NCBI RefSeq assembly: GCF_009914755.1
Contig: NC_060929.1
Length of the DNA stretch: 64,000 nucleotides
Origin: the human T2T-CHM13v2.0 reference genome, Homo sapiens
Direction: 5' to 3' (one strand)
The notes under the pieces were generated by a model. That model made no database searches. It was not told the DNA's origin and worked only from the letters and a program-made list of their open reading frames with translations. The translations under genes and the position numbers were made by a program. Shown here in pieces: positions 45,201-61,923 of the stretch (the first letter of the stretch is position 1; each line of letters starts with the position of its first letter).

Positions 45201-46127
45201 GGTGAGTCACATATTTAGAAAATAAGAGTTTTTGCAGACCTGCGTTTGTAGATTGAGATCCATTCCTGTCATTAAGACTGATCTTGCCATTGTAAATGGA
45301 GATATACAAAACTACAAAGAGATTTGTGGAATCCCAACTGGATTCTATTTAAATATCAATAAGAGCTGAGCCTGGCCTGCTCAGAAGAATAAGAAGATAA
45401 TTTAGAATAAAATAAAGCCATTGAAAGAGTAAATCAATCCAATCTCAAAGTGAAAGAACCTAGGAGAGGGGTTACAGACCCAGATTTCACTAGAATTAGG
45501 GACGTGAACATGGGACCCTTTCTGGCTATGAAATTCCTGTAACTAGGCCTCGTAACTGGGCCTCAGTATGTTGGGAGAACACAAAACCCTGAGTCCCAGC
45601 CAAATCCAGAGTCAATTTGTATCCTCAGTGACCTCCTCCTGAAAAATAACACCAAATGTTTGGTGTGGTATAACTGTCTGCTTCATCTGCCCATTTTAAT
45701 TCTAGGAGGATCTGTAATTGAAAATAAAAGAGTGAATTATGAAAACTGATTAAGCCAAACCCATCGTATTCATATATTCATGGTAAGTTGAGAAACACCT
45801 TGTGCACTTGCTATTTAGAATACGTGTAATTATTTGGAGAATTTATTAATAGCAGATGAGCGAATCAAACAGAATTGCTTTATAATTTAATGTATAATAT
45901 TTAATTGAATAATTGATTAACTTCTGACTTTAAGTTCAATGTATAAGAAAACTTTACTAAATTTAAAGATACTATTGGAACATTCAGAAGAACCTAATAT
46001 TCACCATATTTATGTTTCATATGTTAGAGTTACTTAAATTATTTTTGTTACACAGTTGAATGACTTAAAATGAAAACAAGTACATTAAATGTATGAACGT
46101 AATTTTTTGATGTTTAAGAATTAAAAT

Positions 46128-46471
<344 letters not shown>

Positions 46472-46659
46472 TCAAAGGCCCCCTTAAAAGTGACTGTTAA
46501 AGTCTTATTTATTCATTAATAGAACAATGTGATTTTTATTTTGAATTTTAAAGCTTAAGGACAAATAGTCTTTTGATCTTATAACCTTAAATGGAATATT
46601 AATTTCTAAAAACCAAACTCATCATAAATAATCTTTTCTGGTCATAAAAACTGCCATCA

Positions 46660-46788
46660 CTCATACCTAAACCCAAGAATCACTTTCTTATAGTGATGAT
46701 TTAAACAGATGCAAACAGCGAGCACATCTTGTCACCTTTGCGGGACTGTGGCTGTGCCCCTCGCAGTAAATTTGGAGGTTCTACATCC
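46660..46788 (+). ncRNA. SNORA68: SNORA68 (U68) H/ACA snoRNA retrocopy, probably non-functional
   Basis: acctaaacccaagaatcact..tttaaacag..gcaaacagc..atcttgtcacctttg..ctgtggctgtgcccctc..aatttggaggttc.ACA matches recalled U68. A-rich tail 46795-46819; TSD aaaaa(g)c(c)tgccatca at 46646-46659 and 46815-46830. Confidence 0.88.
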
Positions 46789-47623
46789 CTGGTGAAAAAC
46801 AAAACAAAACAAAAAAAAAGCCTGCCATCATTGACACCAAAACACTCATAATGACAGTACCCACTGTAATGCTTAGAAGTGAAAAAATAACATGCCATGA
46901 AAGAGACTAATTGAAGGGGCTTAATTTAGATCAGGGGTTCAAAGATCTCTCTGGAAAGTGCCTTGTGAGCAGAGACTTCAGAAAGAAAGTTTAACCAAAG
47001 GAAAATCAAAAAGAAGAGTGGTCCAGGTGGGATCCTAGAGAGAGCTTAGTATGACAGAGGAATTGAAGGAAGTTGGGAAGTTCAGAGAAGCTGGAACCAA
47101 GTAAGTCAGAGGGAGAGTGGCATGGATGGGACAGGAGAGGAAGCTGCAGTCAGATCATGCAGGCCTTTGGAGACCGGGTTAAACCATATGTTATATAAAC
47201 ACAAATATACAAATCCCTAAATGTAATGGAAAACCTCTGAGGATTTTAAGCAGAGGTCGGGGTGCTGAGTATGGTTGAATAGCCTGCGTACTGCACAACT
47301 CCATGTTGCACCAGTGGCATAGTTCCTGGTGTGATGCAATATTGCCTCTGGGCAGGTAACACAATCAAATTAGTGTTAAACAATTACTCTGGTTGCTGTA
47401 GGGAGAAGAACTGTAGAGGTAAGAGTGGAACCAAGGAGATCATTTAACTAGCTAATGCAGACTCCAATCAAGTAGCCTAACACAGTATTTGTGGTGATAG
47501 GGAAAAGTGGACAGACTGTTTTTTTTTTTCTATTTCCATGGCAGACAGTAGAAGTCTGGGTAGATTTCTGAATCTGAAAATAACCTATCTTAAATGGTGC
47601 TTGAGAAAAATTAATCGTCCATC

Positions 47624-47837
47624 CAGAAATGTGCTAGAGCTGATATACAGCAGCTTGTATTGGTTCAGTAGAGACAATGGGGTCCACCTTTCCCCAACTC
47701 CTCATTCAGTGACATCAAGTTGATAGCTTGAAATCTGCCTTGGTGGGAGTATTTATACCATGGAGATTAGCAAACACTACCAATAGAGCTTCTTTCCCCA
47801 GAGAGCTGATTGTGAAACATTTACCAGCACACCAGTG
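47624..47837. mobile_element. MER63-like hAT MITE
   Basis: Ends aaacatttaccagcacaccagtg; internal ttgatagcttgaaatc..ggtgggagtatttataccatgga. Confidence 0.65.
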
Positions 47838-49026
47838 CTTCCAGTGCTTTTCGCTATCTCAACACTGGAATACTATTTAAAGAATCACTGCATATAATAT
47901 GATATGATGTCAAAGAACATTCATATGGTTCTTACGAAACCTTAAGAAAGGAATGGTTATGAGAGACACTGGGAAGAAAATATCTGTAAGACTGGGTGGT
48001 GCTTTGCAAATGGTGGTAATGGGAAGAGGGGGAGCAGATTGTATCTTCTTCCATGGAATAGGAATCATTTCAAAGCATATATCTTTGATGAAGATTACAG
48101 AGAGAACATTTCACAGTTTGGTTCCCTGTCCTCTGTATTTTAAATGTCCCTGCTTCTGCTGTCAAGGATTTCAAGTGCCTTTTAAAAATTCCATATTGTG
48201 GTAGCTCTGAGTTCTGAATTCTATCACTATTTACTGGTGCAGTTAAATGAATAAAATAATAATTGAATACCAGACTCTCAGTCACTGTCTTGCAGAAACA
48301 GAAGCTCTGCAGAGAGCTGGAGAAGAGCATGCTTCAAAACTGAAAAATGTCTTCCACTTTGTAAATTTGTAGCATCAAGGCAGTGGTGTTGAAGACCAAC
48401 CTGAGCCTTCCATATATATGTGAAGGTTCACATAAGGGTTTCTAAAGGGTACCAGGAAAGGAAGTGGAGGGAGACCCTAAGGGCATGCTCCAAATATTAT
48501 TTTTCCCATGAAAATAAGTGTTCTGCAGAATTTAAAGCTTATATCACAACATGATGTAAACACCTTTCTCATCAATATTGTGACAAGTATTTTCCTAGAT
48601 CCCGGAGATATGAAAATGAATAATGTAGTGTTTCCTCGGATCTCAGTGAATAAAAAAGTGAATAAGACTACTTCATTTGGCACACAGTAATTGAGAGAGA
48701 CAAAATCATGAACAGATTAATTAGAGTACGATGTGGCCAATGCAGAAATTTAGTATTTAGAAGATACCATGGAAGCCCAACGAAGGGCATGTGACTCAGC
48801 CTTGGGTGAGCAGGGGCAGCTTCCTGGGGGAAGCGATATTTAAGTTGAATCTTAAAGAGTAGGGGTAAACCAGATACAGTGTGTGTATGGAGTAGAGGGA
48901 ATTCCAGGCAGAGGGAAGAGCATGAGAAAAGACACAGAAATGAGAAACAACAGGTGATTTGGCCTTAGAGGCTTGGCTGAAGGGAAGATGGGGATAAGGA
49001 GAGGAGGGTGGAGGCCTCCAGGTTTT

Positions 49027-49206
49027 CAGTGGAGTACCAAGGAGTAGGGCAATTTGAGTGGACCATGCTGGGTGTAGGCAAAAAGGGGGTAGACTGTCTG
49101 TTGAGTATTAGAAAACAATAATAAAACTGACTATATTGCCAGTGATTCTAAACAATGATAACACGCTCCTCTCTATCAAGGTGGCTACCCCCTGGGTACA
49201 CCACTG
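49027..49206. mobile_element. hAT (MER97-like) MITE
   Basis: TIRs CAGTGGAGTACC / GGTACACCACTG with an 8-bp TSD caggtttt / catgtttt. Confidence 0.75.
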
Positions 49207-49952
49207 CATGTTTTTCCTGAAGGTCTGGGGCAAGGAAGTGATGCAGTCAGACTCCTGAGCTGTGCAGATCTGGAGATGCCAGCCTCAATAATATCTAAGT
49301 GAGAGAACATTTTCTCGCATCCCCCTCCCCATCCTAGACAGATAGAGAGTGCCTCTACTAAACATCCTCAAAGCACTGAGCATTTTTCCATAATAGCCGA
49401 GCAGTTTGTAATTATATCCACCACTGAAGAGAAAGAATGCAAGAGAAAAATACAGGTTTTCGGAAGATATATAGAGTTTGGGACAAGTTTAGTTTTATTG
49501 GCTTGTGGGAGATCAAGGACAGATACACAGCAACAGGACATGGATTTTGGACTAAAGCTGTAGGTTCAGAGTCATTAGCATAGAAGTGGTGGTTAAATCC
49601 TTGGGAGTGGATGAGGTAACCTGGGAAAAACTGAGAAAGACAGTGGGCCAAAAGTGGAATGCTAGAAGCTGAATATTCTATGGACAGATGATGGAACAAA
49701 TATCCAAAAGAAAAGACAATGAAGAAATGCTCAGAGGCCTAAGAAGAATCTGGACAACACAAAATTGTGGCAAGATTTTCCAGGACCAAAGGAAGAGAAA
49801 GAACTGGAGATAATGCAGAAAACTAAAATATCAGTAAGTGTCTGTGAGAAAGAAGTCAAACCCATGGCATATGTGTTGGAAGGAAGTTGGTGAGAAAATG
49901 GGGAAGCAATGGCGGAAACCTTGGAAAAATCTGGGAATGACAGAATCCCATC

Positions 49953-50374
49953 TAGGATTCTCCAGAGGGACAAAACTAATAGGAAATATGTCTATGTGAA
50001 AGGGAGTTTATTAAGAAGAATTGACTCACACAATCACAGGTAAAGTCCCACGATAGGCAGTCTGCCAGTTGAGGAGCAAGGAAATCAGTAGTGGATCAGT
50101 CCGAGTCCCCAAACCTCAAAAGTAGGGAAGCCAACAGTGCAGCTTCAGTCTGTGACCAAAGGCTCGAGAGCCCCTTGGCAAACCACTATTGTAAGTCCAA
50201 GAGCCGAAGAACTTGGAGTCTGATGTTCGAGGGCAGGAAGCATCCAGCACCGGAGAAAGATGAAAGCTGGAAGGCTCAGCAAGTCGGCTTCTCCCACCAC
50301 CTTCTGCCTGCTTTATTCTAGCCAAGTTCGCAGATGATTGGATGGTGCTCACCCACATTGAGGGTAGGTCTGCC
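49953..50374 (-). mobile_element. Truncated 3' MLT2 LTR of the same provirus
   Basis: Direct-repeat similarity to 54365-54782; its first approximately 110 bp are missing. Confidence 0.88.
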
Positions 50375-54354
<3,980 letters not shown>

Positions 54355-54893
54355 TGTATTAGTCAGGGTTCTCTAGAGGGACAGAACTAATAGGATATAT
54401 GTAAATATGAAAGGCAGTTTATTAAGAAGAATTGACTCACGCGATCACAAGGTAAAGTCCCACGATAGGCCGTCTGCAAGTTGAGGAGCAAGGAAGCCAG
54501 TAGTGGATCAGCCCGAGACCCAAAACCTCAAAAGTAGGGAAGCCAACAGTGCAGCCTTCAGTCTGTGGCCAAAGGCCAGAGATCCCCTCGGCAAACTGCT
54601 AGTGTAAATCCAAGAGTCCTAAAGCCAAAGAACTTGGAGTCTGATGTTCAAGGTCAGGAAGCATCCAGCACTGGAGAAAAATGAAGGCAAGTCAGGTTCT
54701 CCCACCTTCTTCCGCCTGCTTTATTCTAGCCAAGTTGGCAGTTGATTAGATGGTGCCCACCCACATTGAGGGTGGGTCTGCCTTTCCCAGTCCATTGAGT
54801 CAAATGTTAATCGCCTTTGGCAATACACTCACAGACACCCAGAAAGAATACTTTGCATCCTTCAATCCAATCAATTTGACAATATTAACCATC
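54355..54893 (-). mobile_element. MLT2-type (MLT2A2-like) 5' LTR of HERV-L provirus
   Basis: Minus strand runs from (tg)atggttaatatt..gattggattgaaggatgcaaag to ccctctagagaaccctgactaataca, followed directly by the PBS-like gattttgttcctggagtgg. Confidence 0.88.
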
Positions 54894-55717
54894 TGATGGT
54901 GTAAGTGGATCTATGGGCCCCTGCCTAAGTCACATATTGAGCCCTGCAGGTGACAAGACCCCAGAGTTTTCCCACAGCACAGTGTGGTGAGGAATACGGT
55001 AGTCATGGCCCAGTGTGGCTGAGGGGCCTAGTGAGTGTTTCCCTTCCCTCAAAAACAGAATTGGCCCAGCAAAGAGACTCACCAGACTAGAAAAGACAGG
55101 GACTTGTGTTGACAGATGGGATCATGCAGATCTTAAGGTCAGCTAGGATGATGGCCATCTTAAAAGATACCGTTGTCCTAAGACCTCTGGCCCGGATGCA
55201 TTCTACATGAACCTCATTAACTAAGCCTCTGCCCACACCTACCTCCTCTTGAATGTTATCTCAAGCAGAAAACTTAGTTGCCTGAGGCCAAGTGTCTGCC
55301 ACTGGGAGGACAATAACAACAAATAAAAATGAAGATAGAGAAAAATAAAGTAATATTTCTTGTGTACTTCAGTTTGCAAACTGGAACCCATATGCTAATT
55401 GTAGAAAAATGACTTTATAAATCCTGGACTCATTGAATCCTTTCTCTGTATGCTGTTGATGCTGCATTCAAAGAAGTACAATCCCAACAGCTAAAAATGA
55501 TAAAACATGAAATTCTGAGCTTTCATGTGCATTACTTGGAAATTGTTTAAAAGGATCCCATTTGTAACCCCGAGAATACTCTTCCTATGCTCTCTTCTCT
55601 CTTCCACAATTCTCTCACACCCTGTATTGCTTTAGAGCCTCTCATTCACAACTCTACCTCCCCAAACCTTTTTCTCCTACAGTTCACACTATATTTTGCT
55701 TCCTAAATTCATGAATC

Positions 55718-56002
55718 TGGCTGGGCACGCTGTCCTGTATTCCTAATACTTTGGGAAGTTGAGGCAAGAGGATCCCTTGAGGCCGGGAGTTCTAGACTAG
55801 CCTGGCCAACATAGCAAGACCCCACCACTACAAAAAAAATTAGCCAGGCATGATGAGGCACCACTACAGTCCTAGCCACTTGGAAGGCTGAGGTGAGAGG
55901 ATCATTTGAGCACAGGAGTTCAAAGCTGCAGTGAGCTAAGAAGGTGCCACTGCATGGGTGATAGAGCAAGACCCCATCTCTTATAAACAAACAAACAAAC
56001 AA
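55718..56002 (+). mobile_element. AluJ
   Basis: Diverged dimeric Alu with (CAAA)n tail. Confidence 0.82.
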
Positions 56003-56297
56003 TTTTTTTTATCCCCTAGTTCTTTAATAGATCATTTATGTTTTCTTTTCTCCTGTCCTTTCCCCTTTTTTCCTATTCTTTCTTCCTCCTTCCCAAGGTA
56101 TGGAAGGATTGTGAATCTACTCAGTCAATCTTAAAAGGGGCAATGGGGAGAGGGAAAACAAGGAACCCTCACAGGCTAATTTTTAAACCACATCTCTTAA
56201 GAAAATATGGAGAAGCAAAGAGAGGAAAATGTAAATTACCTGAAATTCTACCACTGTAAATATGTTGATATACTTTCAGACTTTTTCCTATGCATTT

Positions 56298-56300
<3 letters not shown>

Positions 56301-56328
<28 letters not shown>
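56301..56328. repeat. (CA)n microsatellite
   Basis: Direct read. Confidence 0.95.
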
Positions 56329-56335
<7 letters not shown>

Positions 56336-56659
56336 AGTTGCAAAAAATGGCCAACAGTATATATATACATACTCTTTTGTAGTCCCCTTTAAGCAACTTA
56401 TTGTGAATGTCTTTCCCTCTCAAGCTTTATACTGACAACATCATTTTGAAAAGCTACATGACTTTCCATTGTGTGAATGTACTATCATTTATGAACTTTT
56501 CTTTCACTGTAAGACATTTAGGTTGTTTTCTCTGTTGTAAATGATAAACACTGCTGTTGTCAATATCCTTATGATAACTCCTTTGCTTACTTGTGCAATT
56601 ATTTTTATAGGATCAGTTACTGGGTGTGAAAATTGGGATGGCAAGCGTGCATATAGCAT

Positions 56660-56935
56660 TCACTTTCTAGGGCTGCTGGAACACAGTACCACAAACTGGG
56701 GAGCTTAAACAACAGGAATGTATGGCCTCACAGCTCTGGAGGCTAAAAGTTCAAGATCAAGGTGTCAGCAGGATTGGTTCCTTCTGAAGGCCTGTCCGCA
56801 AGCTCTGGTGGTTTGCTGGCTCTCTAGATGCTCCTTGGTTTCTGCTGCATCACCTAATCTCTGCCTCCATCTTCACATGGTCTTCTCCCTATGTGTGCAA
56901 ATTTCCCCTTTTTGTAAAAACACCAGGCATACTGA
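56660..56935 (-). mobile_element. MLT1-type MaLR LTR fragment
   Basis: agggctgctggaacacagtaccacaaactgggg..cttaaacaacaggaat..ctggaggctaaaagttcaagatcaaggtgtcagcagg. Confidence 0.7.
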
Positions 56936-57598
56936 GTCTGAGACACTGTGGAACATGCAAGCGGAAATATCTACTCAGTAGCTATATATGTAGGTCTGGA
57001 GTTTAGGAAAGACAAATGTGTGAGTCATTGCCACTTCAGTGGCAGTTGACAGTCATGGGGATGGGTGAAATCACCCACTAAGATCGCCCTGTAACATGAT
57101 ATAAAAAGAGAGCCAAGGAAAGAATTCTAGGAACTCCAATAAACTTACAGGATGATTGGAGGGTAAGAAGGTCAGTAATGTTGCATAATTAGACCTGGGC
57201 TTCAGGAAGTCAGCACTGGGAGCGATATTATGGAATAGTTGGAATTAGAAAGAAAGAGGAGACATGTCCCATCTCCTAGCTCTGAAGCACCCTGTGTGTC
57301 CATTCCTGACTTCAGGCACCTCCCTCCCTGCCATTGGCAGTCACTGCTCTTAAGTTTTTATTAACCAATCTCTTGCTTTTCTTTATAGTTTAAGCACATA
57401 TATATCTCTAACTACTATGTTGTTCAATTTTTTCTACTTTTAAATGTTACATACATGGAATCTTGCTTTATGAGTTCTTCTACAATCTGGTTATTTACTC
57501 AAAATTAGGTGTTTTGGAAGGATTTGTTTTGTCACGTGTGGCTATAGATTTTTCATTTTTAGTGCTGTATGGTATTGCATTGTAGGCACATACACCAA

Positions 57599-57601
<3 letters not shown>

Positions 57602-57643
<42 letters not shown>
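57602..57643. repeat. (ATT)n microsatellite
   Basis: Direct read. Confidence 0.95.
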
Positions 57644-57688
57644 GAAAGTAATGGCAAATACTATAATTACTTTTGCACAAACCCAGTA
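57641..57688. mobile_element. Half MADE1 (Hsmar1 MITE) abutting an (ATT)n microsatellite
   Basis: aaagtaatggcaaatactataattacttttgcacaaaccca is one arm of MADE1. Confidence 0.7.
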
Positions 57689-57956
57689 TTTGTCCACTGT
57701 ATTATTCATGGACATTTGGGGACATTTCCAGTGTTTTGCTATTATGAGTAATGTTTCCATGAACTTGTTCATACATTTCTCCTTCATCTGCCCAAGAGTG
57801 TCTTTCTAGAAAATATACCACAGAGTAGAATGTTTGAATCGCTTACCCCCAGGCTTGCTTTACACCAGAAAAGACTCATATGAAAATGAATTCCTGCCTC
57901 ACACCATATTCAAAATTCAATTTCATGTGGATCAAACACTGAAGTTCCAAATGTAA

Positions 57957-58384
<428 letters not shown>

Positions 58385-60082
58385 TAACAACTTCTTTTCA
58401 ATAAAAGACATGGTAAAAAGAATGAAAAGAGAAGCCATAACTGGGAGAAGATAGTCATATAATATATATAATGCACAAAAATTAGTATCTAGAGTCTATG
58501 AATAATTCCTACAAATCAATAAGGAAAAAGACAAATAACTCAGTAGAAAATGAGCAAAAGGCTCTTCACAGAAGAGGAAATCCAAATGCCGAGAAACACA
58601 GGAAACAAGATTCAGTCTCATTAGTAATCAGATAAATGCAAATTAAAACCACAATGAGAAACTGTTTAAATCCACCAGACTGGCATAAACGTAAAAATAA
58701 GACAATACCAAGTTTTGACAAGAATATAGAGCATTGTAAACTCACACACTCCTGGTGGGGTTGTGATTTGCTACAACAACTTTGAAAAGCAATTTGTCAT
58801 CACCTAGTAAAGTCAAGTAAGCATGTGTCATATACCAAGCAATTCTACCCCTAATGTTAAACTAAAAAAAAATTCTTTGTACATGTGAAGCAAGAGACAC
58901 AATAAGAAACTCCATTGCACAATAGCCCATAATTGTTCCTAACAGCAAAAAACATTGACACAATTGAAATTTCTATTGACATTAAAATGGATTACAAAAC
59001 TGTCATCTATCCATATCATGGAATTTTATACAGCAGTGAAAATGAATACACTGCAACTACACATAATAAATGGATGAATTTCACAACACAGAGTGAAAGC
59101 CAAGTAGTAAGTCACAGAAAGTCACATATGATGTGACTTAATAGATGTAGTTTAAAAAACAGACAAAATCAAATAATAGTTTGTTTAGAGCTACCTACAT
59201 GTGTGGTAGGGTCTAAGGAAAACATAGGCTTAACACAAAATTTAGGATAATAGCTACTTCTGGGTGGAGGTGAGCATGTGACGATAAACTATGATAAATA
59301 TTTGAAGGAAAGGCTGGAGCTTATTTGAAGTTCATAATTAAGGGCCTGACTCAAGACTGTGGATTACAAAAGCCTTCCTGAGGAAGTGCACGTCAGCTGA
59401 TACCTGAAGCGTGAGAAACAGTTTAGAGCAGTGCTTCTCAAACCTTAACAGAGACCCCCACCAATTGCTATGGGATAGAAAGGTATTTTCAGTCATAGTC
59501 AGATTTTTGATTATTAAAATAGAACTTTATCCAAATAAACATAAAGTACTGACTATTGGATTTTCTGCCTTCCTGGAGGAAAAACATCATTTTTTTTTCA
59601 AGCTTAGCCTCATTCGAATAGAATTTGAAAGATTTCACTCTGCTTTAATGGAAGCCAGACTTGAGAACAAATGATAATATATACAAAAACTGGTGGCCAT
59701 AAGCAAAAAATCTGGAAATATCCGATTGTTTACTCTGGGTTAAAAGAGATTATGAGAGAGACCTGGTCTTCAGAAAATGCATTGAACATCCAAGTTCAAG
59801 TAGCTGCAACAAAAGCATCCTTTAAAATATATCAGATAAATTTTAAAAAAAACTTAAGGTGGCAATAAAAGATGGCCTGGATGAAAGCATATTTTTGTAA
59901 AAGCATAAATCTGCTTTCACAAGAAGCTAAGATAAAAAAGAGTGAGTAAAGTGAATAAACTGAAAAAAACTTGCAGAAGATGAAAGATTGAGCTGCTGTT
60001 CTTACATAGGAGAATGAGATCTGGGAATTGGAGATATTAACAATGCCTCAGACAATGGAGATTGTGTTGAGGATTAATAAAG

Positions 60083-60660
60083 TTTTTTATTGAGGTAAAA
60101 TTCATTTAAAAACACTGTGAAGTATACAAACCAGTGGCTTTTAGTACATTCACAATGTTGTGCAGCCATCACTACTATCTAACTTCAGAAGATTTTTGTC
60201 ACCCCAAAAAGAAACTCCATACACATTAAGCAGTCACTCCCAATTCCTGCCCCCACTTCCACCTGGTAACCACTAATCTATGTTTTGCCTCTATAGATTT
60301 GCCTATTCTAGACATTTTATATAAATTGAAACATTATGTGGCCTTTCGTGTGGGTTCTTTAACTTAGGATAGTGTTTTCAAGTTTCATCCATATTGTAGC
60401 AAGTATCAGCACTTCATTCCACTTTATGGCTGGATGACATTCCAATGTATGGGTCTGCCATATTTTGTTCATGCCATTTATCCACTCATGGATATGTAGC
60501 TTGTTTCCACTTTCTGCCCATTATAAACTATGCCTACTACGAACATTCATGTATAAGATTTTATTTGAACATATGGTTCGATTCTCTTGATATATTCCCA
60601 GGTGGGTAATTTCTGGGTCATATACTGTAGTAACTCTGTCTGAAACATTTTTAGGAAATG

Positions 60661-60692
<32 letters not shown>

Positions 60693-61203
60693 GTGGCTAT
60701 ACTATTTTACATTCCCACAGCAGGTTTTGAGGGTTCAAGTTTGAGTTTTCCTTGCCAATACTTATTTCGCATTAAAAACAAAATTATTGTTATAGCCATC
60801 ATAGAGGGTGTGAGGTGGCGTCTCACTGTGGTTGGATTTGCATTTCCCTAACAACTGATGATGTTGAGCATCTTTTTACGTGCTTATTGGCTATTTTTAT
60901 ATTTTCTTTGGATAAATGTGCATTCATCTCCTTTATTCATTTTTAATTGGGTTGTCTTTATGTTGTTGTAAGAGTTCTTTATATATTCTGGGTACTAAAT
61001 AAACCTTTATTAGATTTCTGATTTGCAGATATGTTCTCCCATTCTGTGGGTTGTCTTTTCACTTTCTTAATAATGTCCTTTGATGCATAAAAGTTTTTAC
61101 ATTTGATGAAGTCCAAGTTTTTTCTTTTTCTTTTCTTGTGCCTCTAGTGTAATATTTAAGAAACCACTGCCTAATCCAAGGTCATGAAGATTAACATCTA
61201 TGT
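60083..61203 (-). mobile_element. L1MB-type 3' fragment inserted in the CTAGE5 retrocopy
   Basis: tttttttattgaggtaaaatt..agtacattcacaatgttgtgcagccatcactact..ttgcatttccctaac..tgcctaatccaaggtcatgaaga. Confidence 0.85.
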
Positions 61204-61547
61204 TATTAAAATGAAGTTCTGAAGAAGCTGGATTTATATGGCTATGGTAAATGTATCTTTAAAAACTCTTGAAGGAAAAAGCAATAAAATCTACACTAAA
61301 TTATTGAAGAAGTCAAAATAACAAATGCACTTATGGATAATGTTAAAAGTCTCAAAAATGTACTAGCTTCATTGCAGTCTGAAAAATCCAGTTTGAAAGT
61401 GAGATTTCAGAGCTTCAGCAGAAACTTAGTCATTACTAAACTGCATCAATAAAATAAAATGATTATGCAAGATTCAATTTAAAGTGATTTACTATGGAAA
61501 GAGAAGAATCTTTCCAAAGCAGATGAAAAAATCAGTCATGCATCTGA

Positions 61548-61923
<376 letters not shown>

